A program made the translations under genes and the position numbers. From Candidatus Poribacteria bacterium (GTDB taxonomy: Bacteria > Poribacteria > WGA-4E > PCPOR2b): a stretch of DNA of 64,000 nucleotides. The stretch is taken from contig JAGWBT010000001.1 of NCBI GenBank assembly GCA_021295755.1, positions 2,349-66,348 of the forward strand. The letters are read 5' to 3'. Of the stretch, positions 10,010 to 18,462 are shown piece after piece (position 1 is the stretch's first letter; the number at the start of each line of letters is the position of its first letter). The notes under the pieces are model-generated. The model made no database searches. It was given only the letters and a program-made list of their open reading frames with translations, and had not been told where the DNA came from.

Positions 10010-13000
10010 ATGCGCAAACGATACAAACGCTTAATCCTATTTGCCTGTCTTGGAGGGGCTGTAATCCTTGGAGGCTTTCTGTTTTTGCGTTCTTCCTATA
10101 TACTTAACCGGGTGCGCCTAGTGTTAGAGTCTCAACTGCAGAAACAGTTGAAACACTCGGTCACCATTGACGAGATTTCTGGAAATGTGTTCACCGGCTT
10201 GAATATCAAGAACATTGAGATCGCAGACGAGAACCCAGAAAATCCTCCGCTAATTGCTCTAGATGAAATACGGATAAGATATCGATTATGGAGTTTGGCG
10301 CGGGGGAAATTCCTCATCACTCAACTGCATTTTATCCATCCCCAGATTAATACACGCACCGGGGCAGACCGAACTATCAATTTAGCCAAGCTAATCCCGA
10401 AACGCGAATCCGGCACGGGCGTGAATTTTCCGCTTCAACTGCTAATCTCTGATATGAATATCGAAGATATCAGTATTGAAGGTGGAATTATCAATTTTGA
10501 AGATGAGAGCAGCGCCCTCAGAGTTGCGATAAGGGGGATTTACAGTCGTAGTCGTGTTGACGGTCCTTTGAGCAACTGGAAGTATGGCGGGCATCTGGAG
10601 GTGCGAGATGGACGTTTTGAACTGAACGGTGTTGAAACGAAGATCGATGAATTTAGAACTGAATTTGCATTACAGAAGAATCGGGGTGCATTGCACTCAT
10701 TACGCTTGGCGCTAGGAAATTCTCTGCTGACCGTCGCTGGTGAGGCAAATGCTCTTGGCAAACAACCTCCCCAAATCAAGACACAAATCCAAATAACCCT
10801 CGACCTCCGTGACGTACAAGAAATTCTGTCTGCTCCGGGGGAAATTGAAGGGGTGGCAGAAGTAGCTGTGGAAGCCAGTGGCCCACTTTCGGAAGTTGTC
10901 GGGACTATTGGAATTAGCCTTCCCATTGTCCAGTTAAATGCACTTGAATTTGAGAATTTCACTCTCCAAGCGGAGTTCACACCGCGTGGCGTTAAAGTTA
11001 CCAATATTGATGCCCTGTTCGCCTCCGGACAGCTGACAGGGGCGGCAGAAGTTGACCTTCAGCCTACCAAAGACGATTCGCAACAAGAGGATTCGCAACG
11101 CCTCGCCTACGAAGGTTGGTTACAACTTAACTCGATTCGCACCGAGCAACTGTTACCCATTATAGATTTCCCCCAAACTCTCTTGGACCTAAAGGCAGAT
11201 TTGGATGGTAAAGTCCAATTTAGCGGTAACGGCACAGATCTCCACAAAATCAACCTTGATGGAAACCTGCAGCTGGATAATGCTATGTTAAACGGCGTGC
11301 CAATCCTCCGTTCGGAAGCACGTTATCAACTCAGCAATGAACAGCTGTCTATTTCAGCGAACTTTGACGCTGCCCAGATCGAAATCAATGGAACTCCCGG
11401 CTTAACCGGTCCGCACGATATGGACCTGAATATCACGAGAATTGACATCGGTAAATTCTCGCGAATCTTGCAAGTGCCGGACCTTGCTGGCGAAGGCACG
11501 CTTACCGGGAAAAGTAGCGCCGGTGCAGGAAACATTTCTCTTTATTCGCTGCAAGGTCTTCTCAGGGTTCCAGAAGCAACGTTGTATGAGGTGCCAATTG
11601 GGGTGCTGACAACAGATTTTCATTATACCCAAAATAAGGTGCTCCTGAACTCGATACGCCTTGTCAAAGGGGAAAGCGAATTGATGGCCGATGGGGTTGC
11701 TCATATGGAGGGAGATACGCCGATAGATCTCAAGGTGCGTGCTCAGCCACTCCAGATCGCAGACTATGTGAGGCTAGCAGGCGATGATTATCCAATTGAA
11801 GGCATTGTGACCGGTGAGTTGGTGCTGGATGGAACTTTAGCACGGCTTAATGGTCGCGGGACCCTTCAGATTGAGAACGCTAAAGCATGGGATCTGGCGC
11901 TTGATCCGTTAACCCTGCCGCTAGAGATTGAGAATTATCTCGTGAAAATCCCAGATTTTGAATTGTTAACCCGCGGCCAAAAAGGCGTCCTCAACGCACA
12001 GCTTGCCCCAAATCAGGACTATGTAATCGACTTTCAAAGTGAGTCCATGCGACTAGCAGAGATTGCGATTGCACGCGGAATGACCGATTTCCTGTTGGAT
12101 GCCGATTTGGTTGTAACAGCGAACGGTCAAGCAAACGCGGCGGATCCACTCGTGAATGTAACGTTCGACTTCTCAAATGTTACCTACGCAGGCAATCCAC
12201 TAGAGGATGTTTACATAACTGGCAGCTACAGAAACAACGCTCTCAATTTTGAAGGTATGGGTTTTAATGATACCTGTCAGATTCGCGGAGTCCTGGAATC
12301 AGTTATAGGCAGCCCTTATCAGATTGTTGTTGATGGTCGGGGAGTCGATCTGCTTCCATTCCTACGCATCTTTAATGTGGCGGATTATTTCACAGGTACA
12401 GCCGATGGTAGCGTTGAAATTGAAGGAATGTTAGAGGATTTGTCGAAATTTAAGTTCCAGATGTCCCTGCCCGAGGCTGCGCTGGATGTTAATGGTCGTC
12501 AGTTGACTAATCCGGCTCCAATTCGCGTTGCCTTTGTGGATGACCTTTGGCATATTCAATCTTTGGTCCTTGCTGATACACATGATGGCAGCCCATTCCT
12601 GAGTGCGGAAGGTTTTTTCCCTATTCCGGGCGGGCCAGAATCCCCTCCATCACATCGCGATTCTGAGACTACCAATACATTCAGTTTCAATGTAGAATCC
12701 GATGGGTTTCCGCTTGAGGGATTGTCGTACCTGTTGGGACTACCGCCACTCCTTTCAGGAAACGCCAGTTACAAATTCACGGGGGCTGGAACCTATGAAG
12801 CGCCACAGTTAGCGCTGAATTGGAACATTCCAGATCTAGTGCTTCAAACCCCTATCGGACAAATACCAATTCATGAAACTGTGGGCGGTCTCGTCTATAA
12901 GGACGGGAGCCTTAACGTTGAATCTTTTGATCTGCTCCTACTTGGCAATCCCATTGAAGTGCAAGGGAAACTACAAATCGATCTCAAATCTTTGCCATCT

Positions 13001-16000
13001 TCACGCCTTAGCCTCCGTGCTTCCTGTCCAAATTTTAGGTTAGATACGCGCGCCTTTCAGAATTTACCGGAGTACCTAAACAATCATTTAATCCTGTTCG
13101 ATCTGGATGCACAAATTACTGGCAGTCTGGCTCAGCCGGAGTTGATCGCCTCAATTAATGCGACGCAAAAGACACTACAACTCGTGGATCTACCCCAGCC
13201 TATTGAAGACTTGAAAGTTGCGCTTCAGGTCTCGGCTGGGCAGAAAGTATCACATGATTTAATCACTATAACTCTGAAATCCGCCGATTGGCAGTTCGAT
13301 GGTGGACGGTATCACGCATCAGGAGTTTGGAGTTTGCCCAAAACAGATAAGGGGTTACGCCTGACGTCATTTATAGACGTTCTGGAACAAAGCGATTCAG
13401 TCAAGTTTCAGCTGGACGTCAATGGGGCGGATGTAAATCTCGTTACTCCTCTGAACTATATCATGAAACGTGAACTCCACGATATAGGAGGTAGAGCTGA
13501 TATAGCACTTGAGTTACAGGGCAGCGGTTATCACCCCGACCAAATATCAGCAACCCTCATGTGCGGTAATCTGCGTGTCGAGATCAACAACCGTCACTTA
13601 CACAATATCGATAATATTTGGGGTCATTTCAGAAACGGACAACTGATACTTGCGCCCGCCCAGATAGGTGAGGACAATATCGCTTGGCTTAACGCGAGAG
13701 GCACTATGGGCCTCGATGGAAATCTGAACCTCCACTTAGGAATCGATCGAGTGCCTTATGGTATACTTATGCCGGCGATAACGCTAACTCTGTTCGAGCG
13801 ATCTTTTCTCAAGTTTGATGGTTTCCTTACAAGCCAAATCCGTGTCCGTGGTAATCTTACGAATCCAATTATAACCGCAGAATGGGAGTCGGATGGTTAC
13901 GTTGGAAATGCCAACCTTAAAGACAGTGGAAGAGCTAATTATAAAGAAAAATTGCTTTCCATCTACAATACGCAGCGCATCGCTGGGGTAGACAAGCAGT
14001 TGGAAATGTCTGGCACAATTCCAATTGATCTTGCCTTTCAGCCGCTACCCCTTAAGGACCGATTCCTAGATCTGCCCATTGACTTGAAACTCCAAGGACA
14101 ACAGATTTCATTGGCGCCCCTAGGCTTACTGCTCCATCCGGTGATTGAACACACCAATGGGGTTGCTGACATAGATCTCAGAATACAAGGTACAACCGCG
14201 TCGCCTTATCCGCAGGGTACATTTTCGGCTCAACAGGGCACGGTGAAGTTCGCAAACTTTGATACACCTATTTCAAACGGGACGTTTGAGTTACAGGCGG
14301 ATAGAGGGCAAATCCGTATCAGCACGCTCAGTTTTCAGGTCGGTCAAGGAGAATATACAACGGAAATCAATTGCGCGTTGGCGGGTATCATCGCAACTGA
14401 TTTTGAGATTAGCCGGTTCACAGCACATAAAGCGAGAATTGCCGACTTTGTTGGAGATCAGTCACGGTTACTTAATCCTACCGTGTCCGGGTTCTTACCT
14501 CCGGAAGTAATTGGGACAGAGGCGATACCGGCTGAAGTGTTGGACGGATATATTACGGCGGAAGCTAGTTTAAAAATCCCGATAAACCAGTTCGTCATCC
14601 CCGGCAAAACCGCGTGGATCCCGCAATTCATCAAGCCATTCAATCCACCAAATGTGATTAAATATGTAACGGGCCAGCTAAATATCCAGAATATTCTGAT
14701 CGAAGGCTTAGACTATAAGATCCGGAACCCTAGACCAATTGAAATCAAGCTGGCAAACCAGAAACTCAGCTTGGAAGAAGGATTTAGTCTGGAAGACCAA
14801 GAGTTAACGGTAGGCGATGCAAAACGCCTTCGAGTGATGGGATTTGGAAGTTGGGAGCTTGGAAAAAAATTACTCTTTCATGTTGAAATGCAGAATCTGG
14901 ATCTCGGATTCATTTCGGGGTTCCTCCCTGCAGCTTACGCTGTACGGGGCTCCCTCAACGCTTCGCTTGATATACGTGGAACGGATGCGGACCCGAAAAT
15001 CTCCTTCGCTTGGGAAACTCCGGAACTACGGATAAACCAGGCAGAGGTTGATCAATTTACCGGTAATATCACATACGAAAATCGAAAGATTCGAGTTAGT
15101 GGTAGGCAAGGCAGTGATGCCCAGGTGTCTATTGGGAAAAATCGCGCTACGCTGTCCGTGTTAATTCCATTTTATCTATCTCTAGTAGAATTCAAAGCAG
15201 AACCGTTGCCAGAAGATATTGAGGGCGGATTAGATATAGCCATCGAAGATTCAGAATTCCTATCCCTTATTTTTCCCCAGTTTGCTTTTACCCAAGGCAC
15301 GGGTGTCGTTAATGCTACGCTTGGCGGTCAATTTGATTCACCGATGCTTAAAGGATCCGCAAATTTGAGAGGGGTTGCGTTTGAACTGCCGAAATCACAT
15401 ATCAGTTTGGCAAATGGAACAGCGCATCTCAATTTGACTGAGAAAGGTGTGAGCATCCAACGTATAACAGGTGATCTGAATGGTGGCACCTTTGAGATTA
15501 GCGGTATGATACAGTCTAACTGGTTCGATGTACGCCATATAGATCTCGTCGCTGAATTGAGTGAGGGAACCACGTTTAGGAAACCGGGACTTTACGAAGT
15601 TGAGTGTCAGCGGATCAATTTACAAATGAGAGGAAATATCACGACAGATGGAAATCTTCAACTTCCACCGTTAAGGGGTTCGATTCGTGTCAAGAGGGGG
15701 CTATACGAGCAAGACTGGAGGCAGTTGGTTCAGGATCTGCTTGATAAGACGGCCGAGGTGCAGTTTGAAGTCTGGTTTGATTATCCCATCGTGCGCGATC
15801 TTCAGCTAGATCTTGATGTCATCGCTCCGAACAACTTTTGGGTAGAATCAAATCTGGGAGAGGTTGTCACATATATCGGAGAAATTGAAATCGAAACATC
15901 TATCAACGGTGAACTCGTCGGCCCCATTCAGAAACCGATTTTTAGCGGGAGGGTGGATCTGTTAGAAGGTGAATTATCTCTCTCCGGTGCTCACAAATTC

Positions 16001-16594
16001 GAGATTAGAGAGGGGTCGTATGTAGAAAACAAAAATGCGCTAGAATTTAACCCGTCGTATCAAATTACCGCCGAGACGATCGAACCAATTCGGACCGTCC
16101 AGGTTCCAACTACAGACGGGGAAGTCCATACGAGGGACCTCAGAGTTGAAATGCATTTTAATGGTTATCTTAGGGATAAACATAATCCGGAGTTTCGAGC
16201 GGAGGTTCTCAGAAAAGGCACCGGCGAACATTACGACCTGACTCAACAGCAAATCCTGTCTATTTTAACTTTCGGTGGCGCGAATCCGCTCGACTCTGAA
16301 GGCTATACGCCAGCCGATTTCGTTCAAGGGATTTTAGGTAGAACACTTGCAAAAGCAACCGGCTTTAGCAAAACTCATTTCGACGTGAGTCCGGACAATT
16401 TTGAACAGTCGCGATTTCTTTTGACGAAGGAACTCTCGGAACACCTTTCGTTGACCTACTCATCTACCTTTCAACTTCACACAGAACCTCGCATTGAGGT
16501 TGAATATCAGATTGATCGACACATTTATATCAAAGGAGAACGGAATGAGCGTGGAAAATACGGCATAGACCTCAAGCTAGAACGGCGATTTTAG
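10010..16594 (+). CDS. tamB: giant TamB/AsmA-like translocation-and-assembly-module protein
   Basis: 2194 aa. Single N-terminal membrane anchor (LILFACLGGAVILGGFLFL). Long low-complexity beta-rich body with degenerate repeats. C-terminal segment of DUF490/TamB character ending ...LERRF. Located two genes upstream of a BamA homologue. Confidence 0.7.
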   Translation: MRKRYKRLILFACLGGAVILGGFLFLRSSYILNRVRLVLESQLQKQLKHSVTIDEISGNVFTGLNIKNIEIADENPENPPLIALDEIRIRYRLWSLARGKFLITQLHFIHPQINTRTGADRTINLAKLIPKRESGTGVNFPLQLLISDMNIEDISIEGGIINFEDESSALRVAIRGIYSRSRVDGPLSNWKYGGHLEVRDGRFELNGVETKIDEFRTEFALQKNRGALHSLRLALGNSLLTVAGEANALGKQPPQIKTQIQITLDLRDVQEILSAPGEIEGVAEVAVEASGPLSEVVGTIGISLPIVQLNALEFENFTLQAEFTPRGVKVTNIDALFASGQLTGAAEVDLQPTKDDSQQEDSQRLAYEGWLQLNSIRTEQLLPIIDFPQTLLDLKADLDGKVQFSGNGTDLHKINLDGNLQLDNAMLNGVPILRSEARYQLSNEQLSISANFDAAQIEINGTPGLTGPHDMDLNITRIDIGKFSRILQVPDLAGEGTLTGKSSAGAGNISLYSLQGLLRVPEATLYEVPIGVLTTDFHYTQNKVLLNSIRLVKGESELMADGVAHMEGDTPIDLKVRAQPLQIADYVRLAGDDYPIEGIVTGELVLDGTLARLNGRGTLQIENAKAWDLALDPLTLPLEIENYLVKIPDFELLTRGQKGVLNAQLAPNQDYVIDFQSESMRLAEIAIARGMTDFLLDADLVVTANGQANAADPLVNVTFDFSNVTYAGNPLEDVYITGSYRNNALNFEGMGFNDTCQIRGVLESVIGSPYQIVVDGRGVDLLPFLRIFNVADYFTGTADGSVEIEGMLEDLSKFKFQMSLPEAALDVNGRQLTNPAPIRVAFVDDLWHIQSLVLADTHDGSPFLSAEGFFPIPGGPESPPSHRDSETTNTFSFNVESDGFPLEGLSYLLGLPPLLSGNASYKFTGAGTYEAPQLALNWNIPDLVLQTPIGQIPIHETVGGLVYKDGSLNVESFDLLLLGNPIEVQGKLQIDLKSLPSSRLSLRASCPNFRLDTRAFQNLPEYLNNHLILFDLDAQITGSLAQPELIASINATQKTLQLVDLPQPIEDLKVALQVSAGQKVSHDLITITLKSADWQFDGGRYHASGVWSLPKTDKGLRLTSFIDVLEQSDSVKFQLDVNGADVNLVTPLNYIMKRELHDIGGRADIALELQGSGYHPDQISATLMCGNLRVEINNRHLHNIDNIWGHFRNGQLILAPAQIGEDNIAWLNARGTMGLDGNLNLHLGIDRVPYGILMPAITLTLFERSFLKFDGFLTSQIRVRGNLTNPIITAEWESDGYVGNANLKDSGRANYKEKLLSIYNTQRIAGVDKQLEMSGTIPIDLAFQPLPLKDRFLDLPIDLKLQGQQISLAPLGLLLHPVIEHTNGVADIDLRIQGTTASPYPQGTFSAQQGTVKFANFDTPISNGTFELQADRGQIRISTLSFQVGQGEYTTEINCALAGIIATDFEISRFTAHKARIADFVGDQSRLLNPTVSGFLPPEVIGTEAIPAEVLDGYITAEASLKIPINQFVIPGKTAWIPQFIKPFNPPNVIKYVTGQLNIQNILIEGLDYKIRNPRPIEIKLANQKLSLEEGFSLEDQELTVGDAKRLRVMGFGSWELGKKLLFHVEMQNLDLGFISGFLPAAYAVRGSLNASLDIRGTDADPKISFAWETPELRINQAEVDQFTGNITYENRKIRVSGRQGSDAQVSIGKNRATLSVLIPFYLSLVEFKAEPLPEDIEGGLDIAIEDSEFLSLIFPQFAFTQGTGVVNATLGGQFDSPMLKGSANLRGVAFELPKSHISLANGTAHLNLTEKGVSIQRITGDLNGGTFEISGMIQSNWFDVRHIDLVAELSEGTTFRKPGLYEVECQRINLQMRGNITTDGNLQLPPLRGSIRVKRGLYEQDWRQLVQDLLDKTAEVQFEVWFDYPIVRDLQLDLDVIAPNNFWVESNLGEVVTYIGEIEIETSINGELVGPIQKPIFSGRVDLLEGELSLSGAHKFEIREGSYVENKNALEFNPSYQITAETIEPIRTVQVPTTDGEVHTRDLRVEMHFNGYLRDKHNPEFRAEVLRKGTGEHYDLTQQQILSILTFGGANPLDSEGYTPADFVQGILGRTLAKATGFSKTHFDVSPDNFEQSRFLLTKELSEHLSLTYSSTFQLHTEPRIEVEYQIDRHIYIKGERNERGKYGIDLKLERRF

Positions 16595-16717
16595 ATGTGT
16601 CCAACTCTTATCGTACTGGTTGCATCACAACGCAAAATGCACTCTGCAAAATGGTTGGTGATAGACACCCATGATACAAAAACCTAACAGAATTGCCATA
16701 ATCTCGTAACATCTCGC

Positions 16718-16726
16718 TGTTACAAT
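16718..16726 (+). promoter_or_regulatory. possible extended -10 promoter element (TGnTACAAT) upstream of second HEAT-repeat gene
   Basis: TGT-TACAAT at 16718-16726. No good -35 at 17 nt. Confidence 0.25.
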
Positions 16727-16859
16727 GACGTTTTCTTATGCCTGGTCTTTGAATGTTTGATCGCATCTTTGGCGTCCCACTATCTATAGGCTAGATGGTG
16801 ATGTCAGTGCGAAACCATCACCCTAAAGAAATCAAAAAAAATCAGGAGAACAAAACTTT

Positions 16860-18158
16860 ATGAAGAAACATGTAACAACCATACCTGCTATTCCTCAAGC
16901 AGATTCTGCCATCTTGAACCGTGCAAAGGATTTCTCGGGAACCATGCAGAAATTCGTCACTACACTAAGAACGGCGCTTTGGGCAGGACTAATACTATTA
17001 ATCTTGCTAATTGGATGCGAACCAAAACAGAAAATTGACCATTTGAAAGTTGGACGGCAACAACTGCTAAATTCAGGGCTAGCAGTTGATGCGATTAAGC
17101 ATCTGAAGAAAGCGGAAATAGATGAGCTAGACAAGGCTCCGGCTCACGCTTTGTTAGTTCTCGCATACACGCACGGTCTCTCAACAGAAGCCGCACAGGT
17201 ACAAGGACTGGAAGCTGAGTTCAAGAGCGAACGGACACAGCGGTTAGCTGCGCTAGGAAATGAGGAAATCGAGTACCTCCTCCAAATTTTGGTTAGGCGT
17301 TCTCGCCTCCAGAAAGATGCGATGCAAGTCGTGGTAGACAAAGGTGTAGACGCGCTTCCTGTCCTGATCGCTGCCCTAGGTCAGGCTGATTTTCTAAACC
17401 TACATGGCGACATCGTAGAGATGATGTATCAAATTGGAAGTGGTGGTATTAGCTTAATGGTTGACGCTATTCAGAACGCTGACATAACCACAGAGGTCAA
17501 AGTTGCGCTCGTACGCCTTATCGGACGGATCGGCGAACCGCAGGGACTTGACGATCTGGAGACAACTCGCAACGATACCGATGATGCCGGACTGCAGATG
17601 GAAATAAGTGTCACGCTCTATAGGCTCGGAAAGCATGAATATGCAACGGCAATCATTAAGGGATTGACTGACGATGATGTGAATGTACGTCGTGCCTCTG
17701 CACGGGCGATGACACACCTTAGCAATTACCCGGTTGGGCAACTCCTTAAAGTGCTTAAAGACACCGATGATCAGGTCGTTACCTATGCAGCGCAAGCATT
17801 TCAAAGGCAGCCGGATGCACAAGCGGTCGCAGCCCTCACCAGCGTCCTCACAGGCACAGCAGATAACGCTGCAAAACAGGCATCTTCGGAAGCACTGCGA
17901 ATCCATGCCCAGAAGAAGTTGACAAAGGGGTTGACCCCCCAGCTCATTAAAGCACTGATTTCGGGTGAAATTGGGAACGCAGAAGATCGACTACGCATTG
18001 TTCAACTGCTTCGAAAAGAACCGCTGATGAACCAAATTAAGGTGACCGCATTGGTCAATCCACAATTGGTATACGAACTTGATCAATACCTAAAACAAAC
18101 TGAGACACATGAGATAGTTAAAGGAGAGTTGAGACGGCTCCTTGCCCAAGTTGAGTGA
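16860..18158 (+). CDS. HEAT-repeat lipoprotein, paralog of 7298..8518
   Basis: Aligns along its length with the 7298 product (LKVGRQQLLNSGLAVDAIKHLKKAEIDE vs LEVGKNKLLNAGLAIEAVNHLKRAEIEE; VVDKGVDALPVL vs LVDKGADAAPVL; DDDVNVRRASARAM vs DNDVEVRRAAAQAM). Lipobox LLIGC. An alternative start at Met29 (MQKF...) would give a cleaner signal peptide. Confidence 0.75.
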   Translation: MKKHVTTIPAIPQADSAILNRAKDFSGTMQKFVTTLRTALWAGLILLILLIGCEPKQKIDHLKVGRQQLLNSGLAVDAIKHLKKAEIDELDKAPAHALLVLAYTHGLSTEAAQVQGLEAEFKSERTQRLAALGNEEIEYLLQILVRRSRLQKDAMQVVVDKGVDALPVLIAALGQADFLNLHGDIVEMMYQIGSGGISLMVDAIQNADITTEVKVALVRLIGRIGEPQGLDDLETTRNDTDDAGLQMEISVTLYRLGKHEYATAIIKGLTDDDVNVRRASARAMTHLSNYPVGQLLKVLKDTDDQVVTYAAQAFQRQPDAQAVAALTSVLTGTADNAAKQASSEALRIHAQKKLTKGLTPQLIKALISGEIGNAEDRLRIVQLLRKEPLMNQIKVTALVNPQLVYELDQYLKQTETHEIVKGELRRLLAQVE

Positions 18159-18462
18159 GAAATAACAGTTGTCAAATCTGAATCACAGTCTCTGTTGCCC
18201 CGTTTAGTGTAAGTTGAATACCTGATCAGTCTTTTGCAGAAATTTACGGCAGTTGATCGCGTTCACTGAAGTGTTGTTTCTTTAATCGATAGCCTCAAGC
18301 GTGTCGTCTGCCTCAATAATGAAAAGCGTAATCTGTAATCCACCGTTCCAAAATCTGCCTACAATCCCGTTGTTCCGGAATCGTTGAAAAACCAAATTCC
18401 ATGGCGTCAATCCTACCGTACTGACTGAGTTGCGAGGAACGGAAGGAGGTGGAGATCTACGA

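Noticed and set aside
10540-11004. Antisense ORFs within the TamB-like gene (also 11326..11704, 11991..12176, 14458..14643, 15328..15573, 16040..16252)
   Set aside because: All are embedded in or antisense to a 2194-aa continuous ORF. They are compositional artefacts of a long GC-balanced gene.
18430-18462. Upstream extension of bamA (MRGTEGGGDLR...)
   Set aside because: A strong GGAAGGAGGTGGA RBS is positioned for ATG 18463. The extension would place the RBS inside the coding region.
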